A stretch of DNA of 64,000 nucleotides from positions 68 to 64,067 of the forward strand of contig JAHCRG010000016.1 of assembly GCA_020148045.1 (NCBI GenBank), read 5' to 3'. The notes below the pieces were generated by a model. The model worked only from the letters and a program-made list of their open reading frames with translations, made no database searches and had not been told where the DNA came from. Every line of letters starts with the position of its first letter. The stretch's first letter is position 1. A program made the position numbers and the translations under genes. Below, in pieces: positions 47,110 through 57,528 of this stretch. The stretch is from Patescibacteria group bacterium. Lineage in GTDB: Bacteria; Patescibacteriota; Minisyncoccia; Minisyncoccales; GWA2-38-27.

Positions 47110-47113
47110 GAAC

Positions 47114-47638
47114 ATGGCTATAAAAATTGCTCCCAGAGGAAAAATTAAACTACCTCTTTGGATAATTATTCTTGGAGTTTTTACTATAATTTTGCTTATA
47201 GGTTTTTTGGGCAGCTATTTTTATTTAGAAATATCCATAAGAAAAATGTCTCAGGAGATTCAAGAAAAAGAGCCGATACTTACTCCTTTGGAAGAAGCCA
47301 TAAAGAAGAAAGAGGAAGAACTTAGTCCTGTTGGGGAAAAAATAGATGATTTTGGTGAATTGCTCCAAAAACATAAAATCCCATCAAATATTTTTAATTT
47401 TTTAGAAAAAATCTGCCTTCCTACTGTTTGGTTTTCTGATTTCAGTCTCACTTCTGAAAATGGAGAGGTAACCGTTTCCGGCCACACAGATAATTTTGTG
47501 ACCCTTGAGCAACAAATCCTCGTTTTAAAACAAGACCTCCTCGTAAAAAATTTAAATATATCTGGGGTTTCAATAAGCGAGGAAGGAAAAGTTAATTTCA
47601 CCTTCCTACTTGCTTTTGCCCCCCAAATATTTAGATAA
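47114..47638 (+). CDS. PilN-like protein
   Basis: Single TM + coiled coil, position after pilM. Confidence 0.7.
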   Translation: MAIKIAPRGKIKLPLWIIILGVFTIILLIGFLGSYFYLEISIRKMSQEIQEKEPILTPLEEAIKKKEEELSPVGEKIDDFGELLQKHKIPSNIFNFLEKICLPTVWFSDFSLTSENGEVTVSGHTDNFVTLEQQILVLKQDLLVKNLNISGVSISEEGKVNFTFLLAFAPQIFR

Positions 47639-48237
47639 TGCAGCGACCTATTCCTGTTATTATTATTGTTAGCATTTTAATCCTTTTGATTGTAGGAGGA
47701 TATTTTTTGGGGTGGCCTAAATATCAGGAGTTTGGAGATAAGAAATTAGAGGTTGAAGGAAAAGATACAGAGATAAGACAAAAACAGGAATATCTTTCAA
47801 AATTAGAAGTTTTTTCTGATAGACTGTCAGAGTATAGTGATGAGCTTGCCGAAATTGATTTCGCTCTTCCCACCGAGCCCTCAATAGCTGCCCTCTTTAT
47901 TTTTTTTCAGAAGATAAGCTCGGAAAATGGTTTAATTTTAAAAGATACTGATTTAGGCGAACTTTTTTCTTCAGAGACCCCAGAAACCCCAGAGACCCCA
48001 GGGACTCCTGGGGAGAGAATTCAAAAAATGCCTTTCTCTATTTCGGTCACGGGCTCTTATCCTGCTTTAAAAAATTTCCTCTCTGTTGTTTATAGAAACA
48101 CTAGATTAATTGAAGTAAATTCTATTAGTTTTTCTTTTCCCGAAGAAGAAGAAGGCCTGTTTACTTTTAATTTGGCATTGGAAACCCATGCTTATCAACC
48201 AAAGGCGGAGAAAGAAGAAGCAGAAACCCCCGAGTAA
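47638..48237 (+). CDS. pilO: PilO-like protein
   Basis: TM, ALP, GSY...F, RLIEV; ETP tripeptide repeat. Confidence 0.8.
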   Translation: MQRPIPVIIIVSILILLIVGGYFLGWPKYQEFGDKKLEVEGKDTEIRQKQEYLSKLEVFSDRLSEYSDELAEIDFALPTEPSIAALFIFFQKISSENGLILKDTDLGELFSSETPETPETPGTPGERIQKMPFSISVTGSYPALKNFLSVVYRNTRLIEVNSISFSFPEEEEGLFTFNLALETHAYQPKAEKEEAETPE

Positions 48238-48249
48238 AAATAAAAAACT

Positions 48250-48522
48250 ATGGCTGTTAAATTTATTAAAGAAAGAAAAAAACAAAGGTATTTAATTATA
48301 GGTTTTGGGATAATGCTTGTAGCTATTAGTATTGTTTTGTGGTCAGGATATTTTAAAAAGGAAGAGCCTATCGCTCCTCCAGTTTCGGTCATTCCTCTTA
48401 GAGAAATAAAAATAAATTTTGAAGTTTTAGAAAATCCGTTCTTGAAAGAACTTCAACCTTTTGTAGAGATTTCTCCCTTTGTAGGTGAAAAGGGACGAGA
48501 GAATCCATTCTTACCGTATTGA
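48250..48522 (+). CDS. Small single-TM pilus-associated protein (PilP position)
   Basis: TM, C-terminal GRENPF. Confidence 0.7.
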   Translation: MAVKFIKERKKQRYLIIGFGIMLVAISIVLWSGYFKKEEPIAPPVSVIPLREIKINFEVLENPFLKELQPFVEISPFVGEKGRENPFLPY

Positions 48523-48609
48523 AACTTGAAACTTGAAACTTGAAACATTATTGATTGATAAGAATGTTTTCAAAATAAAATAAGTTTTAAGTTTTAAGTT
48601 TTAAGTTTC
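48519..48609. repeat. Heptamer inverted pair (TTGAAAC)x4 ... (TAAGTTT)x4
   Basis: Two perfect 4-copy arrays, complementary allowing G-U, spanning stop to next start. Confidence 0.92.
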
Positions 48610-50331
48610 ATGACATTAGTTCAGCAATTAGTTAAAAAAGGGGCATTGGAAAAGTCAAAGGCTACTGCCCTGGAATACGAAATCAAGACTTCCGGACGAA
48701 GAGAAGAGGAGGTAATCTTAGAAAAAAGAATAGTTTCTGAGGATTTTCTATTTGGTTTAAAAAGCGAAAGCCTAAAAATACCTCTAAAGATAGTTTCTCC
48801 TAGAGAGGTTCTCTTGAAAGTTTTAGAAACAATCCCTGAGGAATCAGCCAAATATTACCGGATGATACCTTTAACCAAAGAAGACAGTCGTTTGGAGATA
48901 GGAATGGTTTATCCTGAGGATTTGAAAGCTCGAGAGGCCTTGGAGTTTTTAGCTCGCCAAAACAAATTTAGCTACCGGATTTTCTTAATTACCTTAACGA
49001 ATTTTAACGAACTTTTAAAGAAATACCGGACCCTAAGGAAAGAAGTAACCAGGGCTTTGGAAGAATTAGAGACCGAACTCAAAGTAGAGAAGGTTAAAAA
49101 GGTTGGAATAGCTGAGGTTGAAAGAATGGTAGAGGAAGCCCCGATTTCAAAAGTGGTGGCAGTTATATTAAGACACGCTGTTGATGGAAATGCTTCTGAT
49201 ATTCATATTGAGCCGGGCAGGGAAAAATTACGAGTCAGATTCCGATTAGACGGCGTATTACATGCCAGTATTTTTTTACCCCTTAGAATTCTTCCTGCCG
49301 TAGTAGCCAGGGTTAAAATCCTTTCTAATCTAAAAATAGATGAGACCCGAGTTCCCCAAGATGGCCGATTTTCTACTAAAATTGAGGATAGAGGTATTGA
49401 TTTTCGGGTTTCTACTTTTCCAACTACCTTGGGAGAAAAAGTAGCAATAAGAATTTTAGACCCTGGTCAAAGGAAAGTGGAATTTAAAGAACTGGGGATA
49501 ACTGGAAGAAATCTTAAAGTAATAGAAAAAGCATTGAAAAAACCTTATGGGATGATTTTAGCTACCGGCCCGACAGGTTCAGGTAAAACCACTACCCTTT
49601 ATGCTGTTTTAGGACTTTTTAATAAAGAAGAGGTAAATATAATGACTCTGGAAGACCCGGTAGAATATTTTATGGAAGGAGTTAACCAATCTCAGGTAAA
49701 ACCGGAAATTGGCTATAGTTTTGCTAACGGTCTTCGCTATACTTTAAGACAGGACCCTGATATTTTAATGGTAGGAGAGATTAGAGATGAAGAAACTGCC
49801 TCTTTAGCTATCCATGCAGCTTTAACCGGGCATATCCTGCTTTCTACCTTACATACGTCAAATACTCTTGGAGTAATCCCAAGATTGGTTGATATGGGGA
49901 TACAGGCATTTTTAATCCCCCCTACTTTGAGTTTGGCTCTTGCTCAAAGGTTAGTAAGAAAGCTTTGTCCTCATTGTAAAAGAAAGGTGAAAGCAAATGA
50001 AGAAGCAAGAAAATTACTTTTGGAAGAAATAGAAAAGTTTCCGTCAACTATTAAAAAGAGCGTTGGGCCGACCAAAACCCTTTATGTTCATGAGCCAGTG
50101 GGTTGTAAAAGGTGTAATAATGTAGGTTATTCCGGGCGAATTGGAATTTTTGAAATTTTGGAAATGACTGACCGGCTCGGAGAAGTAATTTTAAAAGAGC
50201 CCTCTGAAGCTAAAATTCAAGAAGAAGCTAAAAATCAAGGAATGATAACAATGAAACAGGATGGAATATTAAAAGTTTTGGAAGGTACTACATCTATTGA
50301 GGAAGTGCTGAGAGTGGCCGAAGAGAAGTAA
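48610..50331 (+). CDS. pilB: Type IV pilus extension ATPase (PilB/GspE)
   Basis: ASDIHIEP, PQDGR, GPTGSGKTT, LRQDPD, tetracysteine motif. Confidence 0.95.
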   Translation: MTLVQQLVKKGALEKSKATALEYEIKTSGRREEEVILEKRIVSEDFLFGLKSESLKIPLKIVSPREVLLKVLETIPEESAKYYRMIPLTKEDSRLEIGMVYPEDLKAREALEFLARQNKFSYRIFLITLTNFNELLKKYRTLRKEVTRALEELETELKVEKVKKVGIAEVERMVEEAPISKVVAVILRHAVDGNASDIHIEPGREKLRVRFRLDGVLHASIFLPLRILPAVVARVKILSNLKIDETRVPQDGRFSTKIEDRGIDFRVSTFPTTLGEKVAIRILDPGQRKVEFKELGITGRNLKVIEKALKKPYGMILATGPTGSGKTTTLYAVLGLFNKEEVNIMTLEDPVEYFMEGVNQSQVKPEIGYSFANGLRYTLRQDPDILMVGEIRDEETASLAIHAALTGHILLSTLHTSNTLGVIPRLVDMGIQAFLIPPTLSLALAQRLVRKLCPHCKRKVKANEEARKLLLEEIEKFPSTIKKSVGPTKTLYVHEPVGCKRCNNVGYSGRIGIFEILEMTDRLGEVILKEPSEAKIQEEAKNQGMITMKQDGILKVLEGTTSIEEVLRVAEEK

Positions 50332-50417
50332 TGATCAACGCAAGATTAAAGGCAAGATTAACACAAGATAAAATAATCTGCGTTAATCGTGTTAAAAATC
50401 TTGCGTAAATCAAATTT

Positions 50418-50783
50418 GTGAAACAAATTTTATTAGTTGAAGACGACCCATTCTTGGTAGAGATTTATACTACCAAACTCAAAGAGGCTGGATTTTCTGT
50501 AGAGGTAGCTACTGATGGAAACGAGTGTTTAAAAAAAATGAAAAAGAAATCTCCTGACCTCTTACTTTTAGATGTTGTTTTGCCCAGTTTTAATGGTTGG
50601 GAAATTCTTAGAGAAATTAAAAAAGATAATAAATTAAACAGTTTAAAAGTAATTATTCTTTCTAATCTTGGCGAGAAAGAAGAGATAGAAAAAGGATTAA
50701 AACTTGGAGCAGTAAGATATTTAGTAAAAGCCCACTACAGCCCAAGCGAAGTAGTGGAAGAGATTAAAAAGATACTTAAGTAA
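50418..50783 (+). CDS. Single-domain response regulator
   Basis: LLVEDD, PDLLLLD, YLVKAH; paralogue of 871-1239. Confidence 0.93.
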   Translation: MKQILLVEDDPFLVEIYTTKLKEAGFSVEVATDGNECLKKMKKKSPDLLLLDVVLPSFNGWEILREIKKDNKLNSLKVIILSNLGEKEEIEKGLKLGAVRYLVKAHYSPSEVVEEIKKILK

Positions 50784-50789
50784 ATTTCT

Positions 50790-51857
50790 ATGAACTACTC
50801 ATCTTTATTAAAAGAACTTCTTAGTGCGACCCTTACCCAGAAGGCGTCGGATTTACATATTTCAGTTGGTCATCCCCCGGTTTTACGAATAGGCGGCAGA
50901 TTAGTCTTTTTAGTTAGAAGGAAAAAAGTTTCCCCAGAAGATTCTAAGGGACTTGCTTTTGAATTAATGACCGAAAAACAGCAAGAAAGATTTCTTAAAA
51001 ACAAAGAGATTGATTTTTCTTACAATTTTGAAGGAAAAGCCAGATTTAGGATTAATATTTTTTATCAGAGAGGAGATATTTCTTCTGCTCTTCGTTTAAT
51101 CCCGGCTAAAATTCCCACCGTTGAAGAATTAAATCTTCCCCCGATTTTACATGAGTTTATTAGACCTTCTCAGGGGTTTGTTTTGGTTACCGGTCCTTCC
51201 AGCCAGGGAAAATCTACTACTTTAGCTGCTTTGGTTGACGAGGTAAATCATACCAGGGCTGTTCATATAATTACGGTTGAGGATCCCATTGAATATGTTT
51301 TTGAGGATGACAGGTCAATTATTGACCAGAGGGAGCTGGGCCGAGATACTTTAAGTTTTGCCAAGGCATTAAAATCTACTTTTCGTCAGGACCCGGACGT
51401 AATTATGGTAGGGGAAATGAGGGACCCTGTGACTATCTCTACTGCTATTACTGCAGCTGAGACAGGCCACTTAGTTTTAGCTACCTTGCATACTAATTCA
51501 GCTTCTCAAAGTATTCATCGAATTGTTGATACCTTTCCCGGTGCCCAACAGGGCCAAATTCGAGCTCAACTTTCAGGGTCTTTGCTTGGAGTAGTTTCTC
51601 AAAGATTAGTGCCTAGAATTAAAGGAGGATTAATACCTGCCTGTGAAATAATGATGAATACGCCGGCTATAGCCAATTTAATACGGGAAAATAAAATTCA
51701 TGAAATGCCTTTAGTTATTGAAACCTCAGCTGAAATAGGAATGGTTTCTTTAAATAGGTATTTGGCTAATTTAGTCAGGGCAAAGGAAATTGCCTTAGAT
51801 ACTGCCCAAAATTATTCCTTAAATCCAGCTGAATTGAGAGGCCTCGTTAGGAGATAA
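50790..51857 (+). CDS. pilT: Type IV pilus retraction ATPase
   Basis: ASDLH, GPSSQGKST, EDPIE, AAETGH, IANLIRE. Confidence 0.95.
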   Translation: MNYSSLLKELLSATLTQKASDLHISVGHPPVLRIGGRLVFLVRRKKVSPEDSKGLAFELMTEKQQERFLKNKEIDFSYNFEGKARFRINIFYQRGDISSALRLIPAKIPTVEELNLPPILHEFIRPSQGFVLVTGPSSQGKSTTLAALVDEVNHTRAVHIITVEDPIEYVFEDDRSIIDQRELGRDTLSFAKALKSTFRQDPDVIMVGEMRDPVTISTAITAAETGHLVLATLHTNSASQSIHRIVDTFPGAQQGQIRAQLSGSLLGVVSQRLVPRIKGGLIPACEIMMNTPAIANLIRENKIHEMPLVIETSAEIGMVSLNRYLANLVRAKEIALDTAQNYSLNPAELRGLVRR

Positions 51858-51858
51858 T

Positions 51859-53064
51859 ATGAAATTTAACTATCAAGCGAGAGATGAAACAGGAGAAATT
51901 CAGTCAGGGGTTGTGGAAGCTTCTAACCGAGAGGCTGCTTTTAATGTTTTAAAAACTCACGGGCTTTACGTAACTGCTTTAGAAGAAATAACAGCTGTTC
52001 CTATTTATGCTAGAAAATTGAAAATTTTCGAGAGAGTTACCAAAAAAGACATTGTCCTTTTCTCTCGGCAAATATCAATTATGTTCAAATCCAAGGTGCC
52101 GGTAGTTGAGACCCTCCAGACCATTGCTAAGCAGACAAGAAAATCTACCCTCAGGGAGAAAATTTTAAAAATAGCCGGGAAAGTGGAAGGAGGAACACCT
52201 CTTTCTGGGGCCCTCAATATTTATCCAAAACTTTTTTCTCCTTTTTATATTAATATGGTGAAGTCCGGTGAGGCCTCTGGTAAACTGAGCGATGTTTTTA
52301 TGTATTTAGCTGATTATTTGGAAAGAGAGCATTCTTTTCACGGAAAAGTAAAAGGGGCACTGGTCTATCCTTTTTTTATTTTATTTGTTTTTTTAGCGGT
52401 GGTCACAATAATAATGGTTTATGTTATTCCTCAACTAGCCGAGGTTTTAAAAGAAACCGAGCAAGAGCTTCCTTTAGTTACCCGGGTAGTAATGGCAATT
52501 TCAGATTTCTTGAAAACGCAAGGCATAATCGCAGCTTTAATTTTTCTTGGCTTAATAGTTGCTCTTGTCCGATTTGTAAGAAGTAAAGCGGGAAAAAAGT
52601 TTTTTGATAGAAACTTACTAAAATTACCTTTATTAGGTGGTTTCTTAAAAAAACTTTATCTTGCTCGTTGCGCTTTAAATCTTTCTACTTTAATTTCTGG
52701 AGGTCTTCCTATAGCTCAGGCCTTAGAAATTACTGGCGAGGTAGTGGGTAATAACCTTTATAAAGAAGTTATTCTTAAAACCAGGGACGAAGTTAAAAGA
52801 GGAGAACCAATAAGCTCAGTTTTGGAGAGATATCCCAACCTTATCTTCCCTCTTTTTTATCAAATGGTAATGGTGGGAGAAAAAACAGGTACTTTAGATT
52901 CTTCTTTAATGAATGTGGTAGAGTTTTATCAGAGGGACGTAGACCGGGCCTTAGATGGTTTTATAAAACTTCTTGAACCAATCTTTATTATACTTTTGGG
53001 AGGAGTGGTAGCTGGTTTAATGGGAGCAGTTTTAATGCCCCTTTACTCAATTGGAGTCGTATAG
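51859..53064 (+). CDS. pilC: Type II secretion F family / PilC platform protein
   Basis: GEASGKL, ALVYP, GEKTGTL, LLEP. Confidence 0.94.
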   Translation: MKFNYQARDETGEIQSGVVEASNREAAFNVLKTHGLYVTALEEITAVPIYARKLKIFERVTKKDIVLFSRQISIMFKSKVPVVETLQTIAKQTRKSTLREKILKIAGKVEGGTPLSGALNIYPKLFSPFYINMVKSGEASGKLSDVFMYLADYLEREHSFHGKVKGALVYPFFILFVFLAVVTIIMVYVIPQLAEVLKETEQELPLVTRVVMAISDFLKTQGIIAALIFLGLIVALVRFVRSKAGKKFFDRNLLKLPLLGGFLKKLYLARCALNLSTLISGGLPIAQALEITGEVVGNNLYKEVILKTRDEVKRGEPISSVLERYPNLIFPLFYQMVMVGEKTGTLDSSLMNVVEFYQRDVDRALDGFIKLLEPIFIILLGGVVAGLMGAVLMPLYSIGVV

Positions 53065-53182
53065 AATCTTGAAACTTATAACTTGAAACCTATTTCAAAT
53101 CATCGTGAAACTGTGACATAAAATTTCAGGTTATAAGTTTTAAGAAGTATGACTATGGAAATTACTCCCAAAGGAAAAATTC

Positions 53183-56100
53183 ATGAGGACTAAACCAATA
53201 ACAGTTATTTTGGTGAGTGTAGTAGCACTATTGATAACAGTGTCTGTGTTGGCTAATGAGGAGCTACCAGAATTAGAACCATTAATGCCAGGAAGAATAG
53301 AGGGAAGTGGTATCTATTTTAAAATTGAAGATAGCGAATACCTTAACCTTGTTCTAAAAAGCAACGAGGAAATAAAAGTAGTTTTAGAGTCAATTCCAAG
53401 AATGATAAGTCTGGAGATTGAAGCTACCTTTTCTGCTTCTTCCACTCTCTTAACTATCGAGGGGTTAGAACCAAACAAAACCTATTATAAATATCAAGAC
53501 AGCTACAAAAACGAAGCTGTTTTTATTTCGTCTGAAAATGGAAGTTATAGCTGGACCCAAGATTTAACCAAATCCCATCACATCTGGATTCAAGAAGGAA
53601 GAGGAACAATATTTATTAATACAGATACTATATTAACTTCTGATTTGAGTGAGAGCGTAGAAATAACTGCTGACAATATTAGTTTGGATTGTAATGGTCA
53701 TAGTATAACTGGTTCCAGCACAGGGTACGGAGTTTATTTGAACAATAGAAAAGGCGTTACCATTAAAAATTGTAATCTTACCAATTTCTCTTATGGCATT
53801 TTTTTATACTCCTCTTTGAATATTGAGATTGATAAAAACGATATATCAAATGCAAGGTATGGCATAAGACTTGATTATTCCCCAAATAACAAATTAACCA
53901 ATAATATTGCCAGTTCAAATATTTATAGCGGAATATGTTTGATGCGCTCAGGTGATAACATCTTAATTGACAATACGGCTAACTTAAATAAAAAACATGG
54001 AATATTCTTGTGGGAAGATTCTTCTCATGAATATACTAATGATAATACCTTAACCAATAATACCGTAAACTCCAATGATGACTATGGAATATTTTTGTAC
54101 AACTCTTGCAACAATACTCTCACAAACAATAAAGTTGCTAATAATAATCATGGATTAGTAGTAGATTCAGCTTCTTATAATAATACATTAACCGGTAACT
54201 TAGTAAGCTCAAATAATTATGGGATATGGTTGCTTAGAGGTGCACGGAACAATACCTTAACTAATAACACAGCTTCTGATAACCATTATTATGGCATCTA
54301 CTTATGGTGGCGCATTTCAAACAGTCAGATTAACAACAACATATTATCGAATAACGGAGTTGGCATCTACCTGGGTAATTCCTCGGACAACAGTATCTAT
54401 CACAATAATTTTATAAATAATTGGCACCATCAAGCTATTATTGATCATCGGGGTGTTAATAACCTTTTTGACGATGGCTACCCATCTGGAGGGAATTACT
54501 GGTCAGATTATATTGGAGTAGATTTATACTCGGGTCCAAATCAAGACGAGCCCGGAGGCGATGGAATGGGTGATAGTCTTTATACTTTCCTTGGTGGAGA
54601 AGATAGATATCCGTTTATGGAGGAGAGTGGATGGGGGGTGCCTCCGGTTCCAAGTTACAATGTTGCTGTGATTTTAGCTGAACCGAATAATATTAGTCAT
54701 GATTCTTCATCGACTTCCGCTCAACCCTGTAAACTTCTTCCTGAGAAAACTTATCCAAATGGTCGTAGTAAAGAGTATTACCAAGACTTAGTTTATTGCG
54801 TTGCCGATTATAACAAAGAAAATTCTTTTGAAACAATCGATTTAGATTTTGAGATTTTTGATGATAATGGTAATTGGTTTAAAACAGATAAAAATGAACA
54901 AGATTATTTGGGCAAAGAACATGAATTTGTTGCCGAAGCTATAGATTTAGCAACGGATAAAGGCGTTGATTTATCTGATAAGGATATAATTATTGTTATT
55001 CATTCAGGGGAAGCTGCTAGAACAAAAGAAGATATAGGCAAAAAACTGATTACCATGACTTGGGGGCTTATATCTCAACCATTAGAATATCCTCCTTATA
55101 AAATTATAGTTGCTGAAGATGATTTTGTTGGAGCTTGGGCTCACGAAATTGGACATATTATTGGAGCATTAATAACACCCCAAAACACAATAACACCCGA
55201 CCTTTATAAAATGGGAAACGTGGGGAAATGGGATGTTATGGCTATGGGCTCTCGGAATGATGATGGAAAGAACCCGCCGTATATGAGCTCTTATACAAAA
55301 GAATTTCTCCAATGGTTAAATTATGATATTCATCCCAAATCTGCTTATGGTGAATACTGGATAAATTCTTTAGAAACAAGTAAGTCCGGAGATGGTGTTT
55401 TTAGATATAATTTAAGCGATGATACAGATGATCTTTCGCCAAAATATTATATTTTAGAAGGACGAAACAGAAACTTAGAAACTTGGGACTCTTCTTTACC
55501 AGAAGAAAAAGCACTTGTTCTTTATAAAGTTGATACCAGAAATTATCCAGAATATGGCTATGCCCCAGATGGTGTAATGAATAATCAGTATCGAACGATT
55601 GATATTCCATTTTTTGATAGTATTTTAACCCCTGATGGAGATTCACATTTAGACATGAGAAATCTCGTCTACATTACCGCCCTTTCAGATGAACAAACAG
55701 CCGAGATATATAGAATCAAATCAAAAATAGAAAAAGTAGATTATGATTTCTTTGAAGATAGATTTCGTGGTGTTATTTTAGAACCATCTTCTCAATTTTA
55801 TCAAAAGATTATTCAATATCTTCCTTTTCATCATTATCCATTTAGATTCGAACTTGAATACCGAAAAGCTTTTAGGGAACATGGGGCACTAATAGAACTA
55901 CCACATCCTGATGTGGCAAGGAAACAGATAATTGAGGAAATTTCAGTAATATTGGCTTCCTTTGTTTTATTAAATCTTTTATTGATTTTATTAAAAATAA
56001 AAGTTATTCCTCGTTTGAAATCAGAATCCCGAAAAAGAATAACACAAATTCTCTTAAGAATATTCTGGATTATTTGTATAGTTGTCTTTATTATTTTGCT

Positions 56101-57346
56101 TTATCTATACTTTTTTGAGATGCGTACCCTAGCGGATATTTTTGAATATATTATAGGAACCCCTGGAATAGAAACTTCCACTATTGTAGAGGATATAAAA
56201 GCACTAGAATGGGGGGTAGTAAATTTTTCTTTCGGGTTATTAATTCTTTTTATCCCATTAAGCCTTTCATTGCTATTTATAGATAAAGTAATTATTTCAA
56301 GATGGAAATTAGAAAGAGGAAGGGGGACAATAAAAACAATTTTTAGAATAGTATGGCTAATTACTTTAGTTGTTTTTATTATATTTATTATTTGTTTTGC
56401 CCTACCAAAAATATCTTTTAGTAGAGAAATAGAGGAGTCCAATACCAATACTAATATTATAAATCCACAACCGAAAGGTCTTTCTGCTCCATTACTACAA
56501 TCTGTTTTTCCCGATCTTGACCTTCATCTTTATTGTGAGGATGGTAAGCATATTGGAATGAATTATGAGACTGGAGAATATGAAATTCAGATATCTGGGG
56601 CGATGGTATCTGGCGATAATCAGGATGCACCAGAGTGGATATTTATTCCTGAAGATATAACTGGCTGTCATTTTGTAGTTTCCTCTTATGATAATCAAAA
56701 ATTCTTAGAGGAAAACCCAGAAATTGCTCAAGAAATAGAAGATACTACTGATGGTTATGATGTTTATGCTCGCTATATTGACCCTGCTACTGATATTTAC
56801 ACCTCAACTATTATTTCAGAAAATATCCAACCCGCTACAGAACTAGAACATCCAATTAGTGGTACTCACGATGTTACTATAGAGCCAGGAATTTTACTTG
56901 CTCGTGTTGATCTTGATCCCGATACCTTAAATCTAAAGAGCAAAGGAAAATGGCTAACAGTTTATATTGAGTTGCCAGTAGATTATGATGTCAATGATAT
57001 TAATTTAGAAAGCATTAAGTTAAACGGCCAAATTCCGATTGAAACAAAGCCAACTGAGATTAGTGATTACGATGGGAATGGTATACCTGATCTAATGGTC
57101 AAATTTGATCAATCAGCTGTTCAGGCTATTCTTGAAATAGGAGAAGAAGTAGAAATAGTAATTACCGGTGAGCTGATTGACGGAAGATTGTTTCAGGGTA
57201 GCGATATTATTAAAGTGATTTCAAAAGGTAATCAAAAAGAGGCTCTGGCTGTAGTAATTTTAGCTTGTTTTGCGGTAGGAGGATTGTTAGTTTATAGACG
57301 GAGATTTAGGAAAATAAATAGAGTTCTTAATGAAAAATCAGAATAA
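53183..57346 (+). CDS. Large surface protein: NosD-type beta-helix + M6-like zinc metalloprotease + TM hairpins + C-terminal anchor
   Basis: Signal peptide, N.L..N...N..GI repeats, GGNYWSDY, AHEIGH..PDLY..WDVMA, four internal TM helices, terminal TM + RRR. Confidence 0.82.
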   Translation: MRTKPITVILVSVVALLITVSVLANEELPELEPLMPGRIEGSGIYFKIEDSEYLNLVLKSNEEIKVVLESIPRMISLEIEATFSASSTLLTIEGLEPNKTYYKYQDSYKNEAVFISSENGSYSWTQDLTKSHHIWIQEGRGTIFINTDTILTSDLSESVEITADNISLDCNGHSITGSSTGYGVYLNNRKGVTIKNCNLTNFSYGIFLYSSLNIEIDKNDISNARYGIRLDYSPNNKLTNNIASSNIYSGICLMRSGDNILIDNTANLNKKHGIFLWEDSSHEYTNDNTLTNNTVNSNDDYGIFLYNSCNNTLTNNKVANNNHGLVVDSASYNNTLTGNLVSSNNYGIWLLRGARNNTLTNNTASDNHYYGIYLWWRISNSQINNNILSNNGVGIYLGNSSDNSIYHNNFINNWHHQAIIDHRGVNNLFDDGYPSGGNYWSDYIGVDLYSGPNQDEPGGDGMGDSLYTFLGGEDRYPFMEESGWGVPPVPSYNVAVILAEPNNISHDSSSTSAQPCKLLPEKTYPNGRSKEYYQDLVYCVADYNKENSFETIDLDFEIFDDNGNWFKTDKNEQDYLGKEHEFVAEAIDLATDKGVDLSDKDIIIVIHSGEAARTKEDIGKKLITMTWGLISQPLEYPPYKIIVAEDDFVGAWAHEIGHIIGALITPQNTITPDLYKMGNVGKWDVMAMGSRNDDGKNPPYMSSYTKEFLQWLNYDIHPKSAYGEYWINSLETSKSGDGVFRYNLSDDTDDLSPKYYILEGRNRNLETWDSSLPEEKALVLYKVDTRNYPEYGYAPDGVMNNQYRTIDIPFFDSILTPDGDSHLDMRNLVYITALSDEQTAEIYRIKSKIEKVDYDFFEDRFRGVILEPSSQFYQKIIQYLPFHHYPFRFELEYRKAFREHGALIELPHPDVARKQIIEEISVILASFVLLNLLLILLKIKVIPRLKSESRKRITQILLRIFWIICIVVFIILLYLYFFEMRTLADIFEYIIGTPGIETSTIVEDIKALEWGVVNFSFGLLILFIPLSLSLLFIDKVIISRWKLERGRGTIKTIFRIVWLITLVVFIIFIICFALPKISFSREIEESNTNTNIINPQPKGLSAPLLQSVFPDLDLHLYCEDGKHIGMNYETGEYEIQISGAMVSGDNQDAPEWIFIPEDITGCHFVVSSYDNQKFLEENPEIAQEIEDTTDGYDVYARYIDPATDIYTSTIISENIQPATELEHPISGTHDVTIEPGILLARVDLDPDTLNLKSKGKWLTVYIELPVDYDVNDINLESIKLNGQIPIETKPTEISDYDGNGIPDLMVKFDQSAVQAILEIGEEVEIVITGELIDGRLFQGSDIIKVISKGNQKEALAVVILACFAVGGLLVYRRRFRKINRVLNEKSE

Positions 57347-57528
57347 AAATTTGGAAATTAAGTTCCATTAAAAACCTAAAACCTGAAACTTTTAAATAAT
57401 ATGTTTTAAGTTTTGGAGTTTTCCACACCCCTGTTTGATATAGATGTGCTACAATTTAAATAACGGTAACTAAAAAACCTAAAAGGTCGAAGGTTTAATA
57501 ATTAGCAAAGTAAAAAATTAAAATTAAA

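Noticed and set aside
47974..48010. 9-bp repeat (ETP)n in pilO
   Set aside because: Ordinary in-frame low-complexity linker, not part of the heptamer family.
48519..48609. CRISPR array interpretation of the repeats
   Set aside because: Units are 7 bp and contiguous, with no unique spacers and no cas genes.
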